DNA of 64,000 nucleotides from Ranitomeya imitator. Lineage: Eukaryota. The stretch is from NCBI RefSeq assembly GCF_032444005.1, contig NC_091291.1, positions 129,828,001 through 129,892,000 of the forward strand. Direction: 5' to 3'. The translations under genes and the position numbers were made by a program. This document shows, piece by piece, positions 11,801 through 22,131 of this stretch (position 1 is its first letter; each line of letters opens with the position of its first letter). Below the pieces are notes generated by a model. That model searched no databases and was not told where the DNA came from. It saw nothing but the letters and a program-made list of their open reading frames with translations.

Positions 11801-13047
11801 TGCTTTTGCCCTTGCCGGTCCCGAAGAGGCCTTGGACACATATTTCGATGGATTTCATTTCTGACCTTCCCGTTTCTCAAAAGATGTCTGTCATTTGGGT
11901 GGTCTGTGATCGCTTTTCTAAAATGGTCCATCTGGTGCCCTTGGTTAAATTGCCTTCCTCCTCTGATTTGGTGCCTTTGTTCTTCCAGCATGTGGTTCGT
12001 TTACATGGCATTCCTGAGAATATTGTTTCTGACAGAGGTTCCCAGTTTGTCTCGAGGTTCTGGCGAGCCTTTTGTGGTAGGATGGGCATTGACCTATCTT
12101 TTTCCTCGGCCTTCCATCCTCAGACTAATGGCCAGACCGAACGAACCAATCAGACCTTGGAAACATATCTGAGATGTTTTGTTTCCGCTGACCAGGATGA
12201 TTGGGTGTCATTTTTGCCGTTGGCTGAGTTCGCCCTTAATAATCGGGCCAGCTCGGCTACCTTGGTCTCTCCATTTTTCTGCAATTCTGGGTTCCATCCT
12301 CGTTTCTCTTCAGGACAGGTTGAGTCTTCGGACTGTCCTGGTGTGGATTATGTGGTGGACAGGTTGCAGCAGATCTGGACTCAGGTAGTGGACAATTTGA
12401 CCTTGTCCCAGGAGAAGGCTCAGCTTTTCGCTAATCGCAGACGCCGTGTGGGACCCCGACTTCGTGTTGGGGATCTGGTTTGGTTATCTTCTCGTCATAT
12501 ACCTATGAAGGTTTCCTCTCCTAAATTTAAACCTCGTTTTATTGGTCCGTATAGGATTTCTGAGATTCTCAATCCGGTGTCTTTTCGTCTGACCCTCCCA
12601 GACTCCTTTTCCATACATAATGTATTCCATAGGTCGTTGTTGAGGAGATACGTGGCACCTATGGTTCCATCTGTGGAGCCTCCTGCCCCTGTTTTGGTGG
12701 AGGGGGAATTGGAGTATATTGTGGAGAAGATTTTGGATTCTCGTGTCTCTAGACGGAAACTCCAGTATCTGGTCAAATGGAAGGGTTATGCTCAGGAAGA
12801 TAATTCCTGGGTTTTTGCCTCTGATGTCCATGCCCCAGATCTTGTTCGTGCCTTTCATGTGGCTCATCCTGGTCGGCCTGGGGGTTCTGGTGAGGGTTCG
12901 GTGACCCCTCCTCAAGGGGGGGGTACTGTTGTGAATTCTGTGGCTGAGTTCACTTCTGTGGTCACAAGTGGTATTGCAGTCTCTGGGCTTCCTCCCTCAG
13001 GTGTTTTGGTGAGCTCGTTGGCTGCCTTGCTATTTAGCTCCACCTGA
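8866..13047 (+). CDS. Gag-Pol polyprotein: Gag with CCHC knuckle, aspartic protease, RT, RNase H, integrase, chromodomain. Open frame extends upstream to 8719; likely start ATG 8866.
   Basis: Motifs CFYCGDSTHAISNC, FVDSGA, YLDDILIFS, VDAS, zinc finger H..H..C..C, MDFI/SDRG/QTNGQTER, RFIGPY, and chromodomain EYIVEKILDSR...YLVKWKGY...NSW. ATG 8866 has a good Kozak context (gacATGg); ATG 8752 is the alternative. Confidence 0.93.
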   Translation: MDIQALCSSMDNLVVNVQKIQDTIDQKSMLEPRIPIPDLFFGDRTKFLSFRNNCKLFLALKPHSSGNPIQQVLIIISFLRGDPQDWAFSLAPGDSALSNVDAFFQALGLLYDEPNSVDQAEKNLLALCQGQDDVEVYCQKFRKWSVLTLWNESALAALFRKGLSEALKDVMVGFPMPAGLNESMSLAIQIGRRLRERKSVHHLAVLSESKPEPMQCNRTMTKVERHEHRRLNRLCFYCGDSTHAISNCPKRTRRFDSSAVIGTVQSKFLLSITLMCSLSSYSVMAFVDSGAALNLMDLDYAKRCGFFLEPLQCPIPLRGIDATPLAKNKPQYWAQLTMCMAPAHQEVIRFLVLHNLHDVVVLGLPWLQTHNPVLDWNSMSVTSWGCQGVHGDVPFLSISSSIPSDIPEFLSDFQDVFEESKSDALPPHRNCDCAIDLIPGSKFPKGRLFNLSVPEHTAMRSYVKESLEKGHIRPSSSPLGAGFFFVAKKDGSLRPCIDYRLLNKITVKFQYPLPLISDLFARIKGASWFTKIDLRGAYNLVRIRQGDEWKTAFNTPEGHFEYLVMPFGLANAPSVFQSFMHDIFREYLDKFLIVYLDDILIFSDDWESHVKQVRMVFQVLRANSLFVKGSKCLFGVQKVSFLGFIFSPSTIEMDPVKVQAIQDWTQPTSLKSLQKFLGFANFYRRFICNFSSIARPLTDLTKKGADLVNWSSAAVEAFQELKRRFCCAPVLCQPDVSLPFQVEVDASEIGAGAVLSQRGSGCSVFKPCAFFSRKFSAAERNYDVGNRELLAMKWAFEEWRHWLEGAKHRVVVLTDHKNLTYLESAKRLNPRQARWSLFFARFDFVISYLPGSKNVKADALSRSFVPDSPGLSEPASILKEGVIVSAISPDLRRVLQKFQANKPDRCPAEKLFVPDRWTSKVISELHCSVLAGHPGIFGTRELVARSFWWPSLSRDVRAFVQSCGICARAKPCCSRASGLLLPLPVPKRPWTHISMDFISDLPVSQKMSVIWVVCDRFSKMVHLVPLVKLPSSSDLVPLFFQHVVRLHGIPENIVSDRGSQFVSRFWRAFCGRMGIDLSFSSAFHPQTNGQTERTNQTLETYLRCFVSADQDDWVSFLPLAEFALNNRASSATLVSPFFCNSGFHPRFSSGQVESSDCPGVDYVVDRLQQIWTQVVDNLTLSQEKAQLFANRRRRVGPRLRVGDLVWLSSRHIPMKVSSPKFKPRFIGPYRISEILNPVSFRLTLPDSFSIHNVFHRSLLRRYVAPMVPSVEPPAPVLVEGELEYIVEKILDSRVSRRKLQYLVKWKGYAQEDNSWVFASDVHAPDLVRAFHVAHPGRPGGSGEGSVTPPQGGGTVVNSVAEFTSVVTSGIAVSGLPPSGVLVSSLAALLFSST

Positions 13048-13675
13048 GTCTGTCTTCCTTGCTCCTTGTCAATGTTCCAGTGTTGGATCTGAGCTACTGC
13101 ATCTTTCCTTGGGCCTGCTGCTCTGCTAGATAAGTGCTTCTAGTTTGTTTTCTGTTTTTTCTGTCCAGCTTGTTATTATCTTTTGCTGGAAGCTCTGAGA
13201 AGCAAAGGGGTGCACCGCCGTGCTGTTAGTTCGGCACGGTGGGTCTTTTTTGCCCCTTTGCGTGGTTTTCGTTTTAGGGTTTTTTGTAGACTGCATAGTT
13301 CTCTTTGCTATCCTCGCTCTGTCTAGAATATCGGGCCTCACTTTGCTGAATCTATTTCATTCCTACGTTTGTCTTTTCATCTTGCTAACAGTCATTATAT
13401 GTGGGGGCTGCCTATTCCTTTGGGGTATTTCTCTGAGGTAAGTCAGGCTTGTATTTCTATCTTCAGGCTAGTCAGCTCCTCAGGCAGTGCCGAGTTGCAT
13501 AGGTAGTTGTTAGGCGCAATCCACTGCTGCTTCCAGTTGTGTGAGGACAGTTCAGGTACTGCAGTCTACAGAGATTCCACGTCTCAGAGCTCGTCCTATT
13601 GTTTTGGGTTTTTGCCAGATCTCTGTATGTGCGCTGATTACTGCACGCTGTGTTGCCTGATTGCCAGCCATAACA
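12927..13675 (+). repeat. 3' LTR (749 bp)
   Basis: Direct repeat of 7985-8733, preceded by the PPT. Confidence 0.97.
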
Positions 13676-13924
13676 TAGGGGGCACAGTGAACGGTGCAGA
13701 GCACTATATGGTTCACACCTATGGGGAAATATGAACGGTGCAGAGCACTATATGGCACAGCAATGGGGAAATAATGATCTATTTTTATTTTTGAAATTCA
13801 CCGGTAAATGCTGCATTTCCACCCTAGGCTTATACTCGAGTCAATAAGTTTTCCCAGTTTTTTGTGGCAAAATTAGGGGGGTCGGCTTATACTCGGGTCG
13901 GCTTATACTCGAGTATATACGGTA

Positions 13925-14660
13925 CGTGTTTTTATGCCAACACACTGGCCATTGTTGCTATATTAGCTTATCAGTCAGTAAGGCCACTCTTAATTTTCCC
14001 TTGATAAAGACAACTATATGTTGTCATATTGTAAGTTAGTTCCTCTGCTTATGACTTATCCCTTTTTAACCATTTTTAATTAGTACCTAATAAATATATA
14101 TTTTTCAAACATATTCCCTAATCATTTTTATATGTATATTTGTCCCTAGAAACCTGTAGTTCCACTTCTTTTATTACATACCCTATCTATACTCCCTTCC
14201 ATTCATCCTTTATGGGATCCCACGTTTTCCCCATGCCATTGTAGCTTCCGTCCGACGTTCGTGTATCACTGATGGACACAGATCTATCAATGGAAGGCTC
14301 ATACAGGGGAACCATTCCCTGACGAAGAAGGGCCGCGTCTCCTTCGAAACGCGTCGGTTTTGGCCACGCTACGAGCCCGTAGCTCTGCATCTGTGATGTC
14401 ACTTTTTTGGCACGCTCACTGCTCATGTTGCCGGTCAGTGGCGCCACTTCCGGCTGGAGCGCACCGTGTCTTAGCACCTGGGGAAGCACATGTACGGGAG
14501 GATGCTTCCACAACATATCGCCTTCTGCCTCTGAACTTCACCAGAGCACGCGGGGAGGACGGAACCTGCAACAGTCCTGAATAAGTAAGTGACACAACTG
14601 TACTATTCAACCAGGTTAAGCACTTCTGCATATACTCGTGTGCAGGCACCACACACAACC
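13925..14660 (+). mobile_element. Penelope-like pseudo-LTR/terminal region
   Basis: AT-rich 3'-UTR-like tract followed by a hammerhead motif. Plausibly contiguous with the GIY-YIG fragment at 5020-5330 once nested insertions are removed. Confidence 0.5.
14311..14360 (+). ncRNA. Putative minimal (Penelope-type) hammerhead ribozyme motif
   Basis: Core CTGACGA (14319-25), stem II GAAGG/CCTTC (14327-31/14341-45), GAAAC (14346-50), palindromic CGCG helix III, GTC cleavage triplet (14353-55). Helix I is only 2 bp. Confidence 0.65.
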
Positions 14661-15597
14661 AGCAATCAGTGTAAATCTCTTGGTTGGTCTATCTCTACCT
14701 GTACAGTAATCTCCCTACAGTGACATAAGGGATTTTCTATACAGTACTATTCTTCTACACTGAACTCTCACTGGAATGCATTTGCAGCCTTTTATGACAT
14801 ACAGTGCCCTCCCTTATTTTGTAAAGTCTCTTCCTTTAATACATAGTGTCCTCCTTTATTTTGTTATGCCACCCTTTGTTACACACAGTGGTTTCCATTA
14901 TTTTGTAGAGTGATGTCCTTTGTTAAATACAGAGTCCTCCTTTATTTTGTATTGTAATTTTTTGTTACATAAAGTGCCCTCTTATTTTGCATAGTCTCGT
15001 CCTCAGCAGTGTAGATACTGGGGGCAGAGGGGGCGGTCACCCAGGGTCCCTCGTTCTGAGGGGCCCACCCAGAGCTACGCTACTGTTAACTATATGTGAA
15101 CTAGAGTATAATCCAAAATATTTAAATCACACAAAATATTTACTATACAATGTAATACAGAGGTTGCCCAGCTACACTAAAAGGAACGCATCGACTGGAT
15201 AGATAAATAAAGTGTATAGCACAAAATTAAATACACAGTCATTGTGCAAAAACGCATATTGTTGTATAGTTTCCTTCTAAAAATCGCTTATTAGTAGTCC
15301 AAAAATAAACTGAATTTCCCTTAATGAGGTATCTATCAGTGGTGCAAACACCTTAACAAAATCAAGCAGGGAAACAAATGCTAATGGTGCCACTATTCAT
15401 GGCTTTAGCACTATGACGGTTAAATAACCATTATGCACATGTTGCCAAAAAGAAGCATCGCTGTTTAGCCATGAATAAACATTGCAATATAAGAAGGGAA
15501 CTTACAGAAAAAGCCAGTGAGAATCCAATCGCCACAACACACGTTTTGTAGTTACTTCATCAGGAGACATTCAACCCCACCACTCTCAAAACATTTA

Positions 15598-15972
15598 GGC
15601 TATGTGCACAAGTTCAGGATTTCTTGCAGAAAATTCCTGAGAAAAACCGGACATTTTCTGCAAGAAATCCGCAAGAAAACCGCATGCGTTTTTGACACAG
15701 TTTTGACACGTTTTTGCTGCGGTTTTTTACGGACACTTCCCAATGCATTTTATAGTGGGAAATCCACAAAAAAAAAAACGCAAAATTAATGAACATGCTG
15801 CGGTTTTTACCGCGATGCGTTTTTTTTTCGCGGAAAAAAACGTATCATGTGCACAAAACATGCGGAATTTATTCTAAATGATGGGACGCTTATTGTATGC
15901 GGTTTTTTTGCGGTTTTATGGCGTTTTTATCGGGGGAAAAACACAAAAAAAACGCAACGTGTGCACACAGCC
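15598..15972. mobile_element. TTAA/TA-flanked palindromic MITE (Kolobok/T2-like)
   Basis: Termini GGCTATGTGCACA...TGTGCACACAGCC followed by TTAA. Confidence 0.75.
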
Positions 15973-16084
15973 TTAATGTCAAACTCCTGCTGAAGCTCTT
16001 ACCAGTGCACGCTCCCACTGTCTTTACTCTTCAGCCCTGGCAGGAACGTAGCACGTTGGACCATTGGCTGACAGCATCGCCGGG

Positions 16085-16800
16085 GAGGCACATAGATCAC
16101 TGTGGGAGACACAGAGATCACCAGGGGTGGCACAAAGATCACAGGGGGGTACATAACAGGGTGGCACATGGCTGGTAGCCACAGAGATCACAGGGGGCAT
16201 AGAGATCACAGGGGGAACAGAGATCACAGGGGGGCACATGGCTGGTAGCCACAGAGATCACAGGGGGCATATAGCTGAAGGGCAGAGATCACAGGGGGAA
16301 CAGAGATCACAGGGGGGCACAAAGCTGGTAGCCACAGAGATCACAGAGGGCATATAGCTGGAAGGACATAGAGATCACAAGGGGGAACATAGCTGGTAGC
16401 CACAGAAATCACTAGGGGCATATAGCTGGAGGGGCATAGAGATCACAGGGGGAACAGAGATCACAGGGGGGCACATAGCTGGTAGCCACAGAAATCACAA
16501 GGGGCATATAGCTGGGGGGCAGAGATCACAGGGGGAACAGAGATCACAGGGGGGCACAAAGCTGGTAGCCACAGAGATCACAGGGGGGGGCACATAGCTA
16601 AGAGTCACAGGGGACATATAGCTATGGGGCACAGATCATGGGGGCACATAGCTGGGGACAGAGATCACATGGAGGCACATAGCTGGGAGGCACAGAGATC
16701 ACAGGGGGGCATATAGCTGGGGGCACAGAGATCATATTGGGGTACATAGCTGGAGGGGCCACAGAGATCACAGGGGGCACATAGAGGGAGGGAACAGATC
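16085..16800. repeat. Minisatellite of CACAGAGATCACAGGGGG/CATATAGCTGG modules
   Basis: Tandem short variant units seen directly. Confidence 0.85.
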
Positions 16801-16959
16801 ACCAGCAGAAAGACACAGAGCTGCGGCACAGAAACCACCAGCACACTATGCTGCTCATAGCAATGCTCTAATCCAGCTACATAGGGGCGATCTGAGCATC
16901 GCTCCTATGCAGCAGAGCCGATCGAGTTGTGCCAGCTTTTAGTCTCCCACGGAGGCTAT

Positions 16960-17762
16960 TGAAACATGGCAAGAGTAAAAAGAAAAATGTTTTTAAAAAT
17001 CTGAAAAAAAATAAAAAAATATAACTGTTTAAATCACCCCCCTGTCGCCCCAATCAAAATAAAGCAATAAAAAAAGAAAGAAACCTACACATATTTGGTA
17101 TCGCTGCGATCAGAATCGCCCGATCAATAAAAAAAAAAGAATTAACTTGATCCCTAAATGGTGTAGCGAGAAGAAAATTAAAAACGCCAGAATTACGTTT
17201 TTTAGTCGCCATGACATTGCATTAAAATGCAATAACGGGTGAACAAAAAATCGTATCTGCACCAAAATGGTATCATTAAAAACGTCAGCTCGGCACACAA
17301 GAAATAAGCCCTCACCCAACTTGAGATCACGAAAAATGTTGATTCTACAGATCTCGGAAAATTGCGCAATTATTATTTTTTTTAGCAAAGTATAGAATTT
17401 TTCTTTACCACTTAGATAAAAAACAACCTAGACATGTTTGGTGTCTATGAACTCGTAATGACCAGGAGAATCATAATGTCAGGTCAGTTTTAGCATTTAG
17501 GGAATCTAGCAAAAAAGAAACAAAAAACAAGTGTGGGATTTCACTTTTTTGCAATTTCACCGCACTTGGAAATTTTTTCACACTTTCTAGTACACAACAT
17601 GGTAAAATCAATGGTGTCGTTCAAAAGTACAAGTCGTCCCGCAAAAAGTAAGTCCTCACACAGCCATATTGACAGAAAAATAAAAAAGTTATGGCTCTGG
17701 GAAGGAGGAGAGCGAAAAACAAAAATGCAAAACTGAAAAAAGCTCCGGGGGTTAAGGGGTTA
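16960..17762. mobile_element. Terminal part of a piggyBac-like non-autonomous element, related to 48921-53002
   Basis: Ends GGGGTTAAGGGGTTAA. Internal TCGTCCCGCAAAAA...AATAAAAAAGTTAT blocks resemble the reverse complement of 51700-52160. Confidence 0.55.
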
Positions 17763-17984
17763 ATGTATGAGCATCTAAAAGACGCAAATACATTTGAACA
17801 TCGGAAGGGAGTGGAGTGTGTGCGGCGGCAGGCCTGGCACGCGTGTCCCCTGTGGCACGTGTGGTGCCATAGGTTCTCCATCACTGCCTTAGACTGATAC
17901 TTCCAGTTCCATACAGATCACTTTCCCAGCAATCTCATTATCATCATCATCATCATCACAGGCAGGAATACCATAACATCACCT

Positions 17985-20135
17985 GCATGTAGAGAACACA
18001 GATTCCACCATTCACAATAGATGATGTCACAGCTCACCTCCTCCTCCTGTACAATGACTGATAACACCTCTATATACAGTAGATAACACAGGATCCACCA
18101 TTCACAGTAGGTGATGTCACAGCTCACCTCCTCCTGTACAATGACTGATAACACCTCTATATACAGTAGATAATACAGGATCCACAATAGGTGATGTCAC
18201 AGCTCACCTCCTCCTTTTACTGTACAATGACTGATAACACCTCTATATACAGTAGATAACACAGGATCCAACGTTCACAATAGGTGATCTCACAGCTCAC
18301 CTCCTCCTCCTGTACAATGACTGATAACACCTCTATATACAGTAGATAACAGGATCCTCCATTCACAATAGGTGATGTTACAGCTCACTGCCTCCTCCTG
18401 TACAATGACTGATAACACCTCTATATACAGTAGATAACACAGGATCCTCCATTCACAATGGGTGATGTCACAGCTCACCTCCTCCTCCTGTACAATGACC
18501 GATAACACCTCTATATACAGTAGATAACACAGGATCCTCCATTCACAATAGATGATGTCACAGCTCACCTCCTCCTCCTGTACAATGACTGATAACACCT
18601 CTATATACAGTAGATAACACAGGATCCACCATTCACAGTAGGTGATGTCACAGCTCACCTCCTCCTGTACAATGACTGATAACACCTCTATATACAGTAG
18701 ATAATACAGGATCCACAATAGGTGATGTCACAGCTCACCTCCTCCTTTTACTGTACAATGACTGATAACACCTCTATATACAGTAGATAACAGGATCCAC
18801 CATTCACAATAAGTGATCTCACAACTCACCTCCTCCTCCTGTACAATGACTGATAGCACCTCTATATACAGTAGATAATACAGGATCCACAATAGGTGAT
18901 GTCACAGCTCACCTCCTCCTTTTACTGTACAATGACTGATAACACCTCTATATACAGTAGATAACACAGGATCCACCATTCACAATAAGTGATCTCACAG
19001 CTCACCTCCTCCTCCTGTACAATGACTGATAACACCTCTATATACAGTAGATAACACAGGATCCTCCATTCACAATGGGTGATGTCACAGCTCACCTCCT
19101 CCTCCTGTACAATGACCGATAACACCTCTATATACAGTAGATAACACAGGATCCACCGTTCACAATAGGTGGTCACAGCTCACCTCCTGTACAATGGCCG
19201 ATAACACCTCTATATACAGTAGATAACACGATCCAACGTTCACAATAGGTGATCTCACAGCTCACCTCCTCCTCCTGTAGAATGACTGATAATACCTCTA
19301 TATACAGTAGATAAAGGGTCCACCATTCACAATAGGTGATGTCACAGCTCACCTCCTCCTCCTGTACAATGACTGATAACACCTCTATATACAGTAGATA
19401 ACACAGGATCCAACGTTCACAATAGGTGATCTCACAGCTCACCTCCTCCTCCTGTACAATGACTGATAACACCTCTATATACAGTAGATAACACAGGATC
19501 CTCCATTCACAATGGGTGATGTCACAGCTCACCTCCTCCTCCTGTACAATGACCGATAACACCTCTATATACAGTAGATAACACAGGATCCACCGTTCAC
19601 AATAGGTGGTCACAGCTCACCTCCTGTACAATGGCCGATAACACCTCTATATACAGTAGATAACACGATCCAACGTTCACAATAGGTGATCTCACAGCTC
19701 ACCTCCTCCTCCTGTAGAATGACTGATAACACCTCTATATACAGTAGATAACACAGGATCCAGCATTCCCAATAGGTGATGTCACAGCTCACCTCCTCCT
19801 CCTGTATAATGACTGATAACACCTCTATATACAGTAGATAACACAGGATCCACCATTCACAATAAGTGATATCACAGCTCCCCTCCCCTCCTGTACAATG
19901 ATTGATAACTCCTCTATATAAAGTAAATAGCACAGGATCCACCATTCTCAATAGGTGAGGTCACAGCTCACCTCCTCCTCCTGTATAATGACTGATAACA
20001 CCTCTATATACAGTAGATAACACAGGATCCAGCATTCTCAATAGGTGATCTCACAGCTCACCTCCTCCTCCTGTATAATGACTGATAACACCTCTATATA
20101 CAGTAGATAACACAGGATCCACCATTCTCAATAGG
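17985..20135. repeat. About 90-bp minisatellite array (roughly 24 units)
   Basis: Unit AATAGGTGATGTCACAGCTCACCTCCTCCTCCTGTACAATGACTGATAACACCTCTATATACAGTAGATAACACAGGATCCACCATTCAC. It explains the repetitive minus-strand ORFs from 17918 to 19951. Confidence 0.96.
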
Positions 20136-20220
20136 GTATGGGATACAATCCTGGGGTTGCAGGATTAAGGCTGAAGATGAACATCTGCAAAGAGTTTGTG
20201 TGTTCTCTCCGGGTTTGCGT

Positions 20221-20251
<31 letters not shown>

Positions 20252-20412
20252 ACATTCCAAAGACATACTGATAGGGATTCTAGATTGTGAGCCCCATCGG
20301 GAACAGTGATGATAATGTGTGCAAAACTGTAAAGCGCTGCGGAATATGTTAGCGCTATAAAAAATAAAATTATTATTATAAAAAAAAAAATAAATAAAAA
20401 TAAAGATTATTA
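20135..20412 (+). mobile_element. V-SINE-like element with L2-type 3' tail
   Basis: V-domain-like GTTTGCGTGGGTTTCCTCCGGGCACTCCGGTTTCCTCCCACATTCCAAAGACAT, then TAGATTGTGAGCCC...AAAGCGCTGCGGAATATGTTAGCGCTAT and an A/TTA-rich tail. Confidence 0.75.
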
Positions 20413-20985
20413 TCTGTTCCCCATTGATTTTGTGGCCACTCTGTAGCTGGGAACCTGTATTGGTCTCTGCCGGTATCAGCTTGCTGTGCCTTTTCTTTCT
20501 TGGCGGTGGAAGGAAATCGTAAGGTTCCAGGACAGTAAACGGAAGATGAGGTTATAGAATAATCTCAACTTGATGCCGAATAATCACAAGTAAAGTGTTG
20601 TAATACAGGCCAGATTATCAGACCAAATGTCTCCAAAGGGCAGCAATAAAACGTAATGCATGCCTTTAGCTTCAGGTCACTGTTCGGAATAAGTTTGGTG
20701 TGCATATGAGGAACCAGTTTTTTTTAGTCATTATATGACATGAATCCTGCATTATTCACCAGCTTCCTCCACTGCAGGCTCTATCTCCGTTGTCTCGGAG
20801 CTAGTGGATGGAGAATAGCTGCTATGTTGTCTCCCATACACAGCGCAAGCAGACATGAGAGATTCCTGATCTACTATCTCCGTCTCACACCCTCAGAAGC
20901 TGCAGCGGCATGGATGTCATTATACAGCAGTACTGAGCAGGGCAGCTGTGCATCCAGCACTGGATATATACACTTACTAGAAAGG

Positions 20986-20986
<1 letters not shown>

Positions 20987-21064
<78 letters not shown>
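20987..21064. repeat. (TG)n microsatellite
   Basis: Seen directly. Confidence 0.98.
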
Positions 21065-21070
<6 letters not shown>

Positions 21071-21151
21071 ATGCTCTCTGTCAAACACTGTCTCAACCTC
21101 CTCACCTCTTAATAGACTCCAATATGCAGCAGTAGTCTAATTCCTCAGTAA

Positions 21152-22131
21152 GGCTAGTTTCACATTTGCGTTTAAAAACGCAGATTTTAAACGCAAAACA
21201 CAGGTGGTGAAAAAAATGCATGTAAACGCGTGCAAATGCTGCGTTTTTTAGACGCATGCGTTTTTGCATGTGGTAAAAAAACACGGCGTTTTGACGCATT
21301 TACATGCGTTTTTCCTGCGTTTGCGTTTTTGAAACGCATGATGAGAAGTGTGTGACAGCTGCCAATCATCAAAATCAACTAGAAAACCCACTATAAACAG
21401 AAATAACTAGGGTTAGGGTTAGGATCCCTAGGGTTAGGGTTAGGATCCCTAGGGTTAGGATCCCTAGGGTTAGGATCCCTAGGGTTAGGATCCCTAGGGT
21501 TAGGGTTAGGATCCATAGGGTTAGGATCCATAGGGTTAGGGTTAGGATCCCTTTAGGGTTAGGATCCATAGGGTTAGGGTTAGGATCCCTAGGGTTAGGG
21601 TTAGGATCCATAGGGTTAGGATCCTTAGGGTTAGGATCCCTTTAGGGTTAGGATCCATAGGGTTAGGGTTAGGATCCCTAGGGTTAGGGTTAGGATCCCT
21701 AGGGTTAGGATCCCTAGGGTTAGGATCCATAGGGTTAGGGTTAGGATCCATAGGGTTAGGATCCCTTTAGGGTTAGGATCCCTTTAGGGTTAGGATCCCT
21801 TTAGGGTTGGGGGCTGGCTTATCTGTGTGTATTCTTGTGTTTTTCTATTGAAACACATGCGTTTAAAAATGCAAGCAAATGCATGTGCTTCAAAACGCAT
21901 GCGTTTACATAGACAGCAATACGTTTTTTTGCCACAAAAAACGCCTCTAGAAATTACTATATGTTGCATTTCCGCAACAAAACGCAAGCATAGAAACGAC
22001 GCATGCGTCATCAAAACGCGGCAAAACGCATGCAAAAAAAAAATGCGTTTTTAATGTTAAGTATAGAAAAAAACGCATGCGTTTTTTTGCGCTAAAACGC
22101 AGCGGCAAAAAACGCAAATGTGAAACCAGCC
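21152..22131. mobile_element. Kolobok/T2-like MITE carrying an internal telomere-like array
   Basis: TIRs GGCTAGTTTCACATTTGCG and CGCAAATGTGAAACCAGCC, TA-containing flanks. Confidence 0.82.
21408..21808 (+). repeat. Telomere-like TTAGGG array interleaved with GGATCC
   Basis: Units TAGGGTTAGGATCCC, TAGGGTTAGGATCCA and TTAGGG. Confidence 0.95.

Larger units (their letters stand above)
7985..13675 (+). mobile_element. Full-length Ty3/Gypsy chromovirus (Tf1/sushi group) LTR retrotransposon
   Basis: Two 749-bp LTRs (7985-8733, 12927-13675; TG...CA) with no difference seen by eye. Polypurine tract AAGGGGGGGG just before the 3' LTR. TAGGGG duplicated on both flanks. Uninterrupted gag-pol ORF. Confidence 0.97.
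6378..13922. mobile_element. Non-autonomous Tc1/mariner (pogo/Tigger-like) MITE, expanded by an internal minisatellite and an LTR retrotransposon
   Basis: Perfect 25-bp TIRs CCGTATATACTCGAGTATAAGCCGA (6378-6402; reverse complement ending 13922), TA on both flanks, and two long internal hairpins (6504-6759 and about 6770-6985). Confidence 0.88.

Noticed and set aside
17918-20135. Cys/Tyr-rich repeat ORFs and a possible CRISPR-like periodicity
   Set aside because: Tandem units with no unique spacers, no cas genes, and a vertebrate context.
21408-21808. True telomere or chromosome-fusion scar
   Set aside because: Short, interleaved with GGATCC, and enclosed within MITE TIRs, with no head-to-head inversion of repeats.
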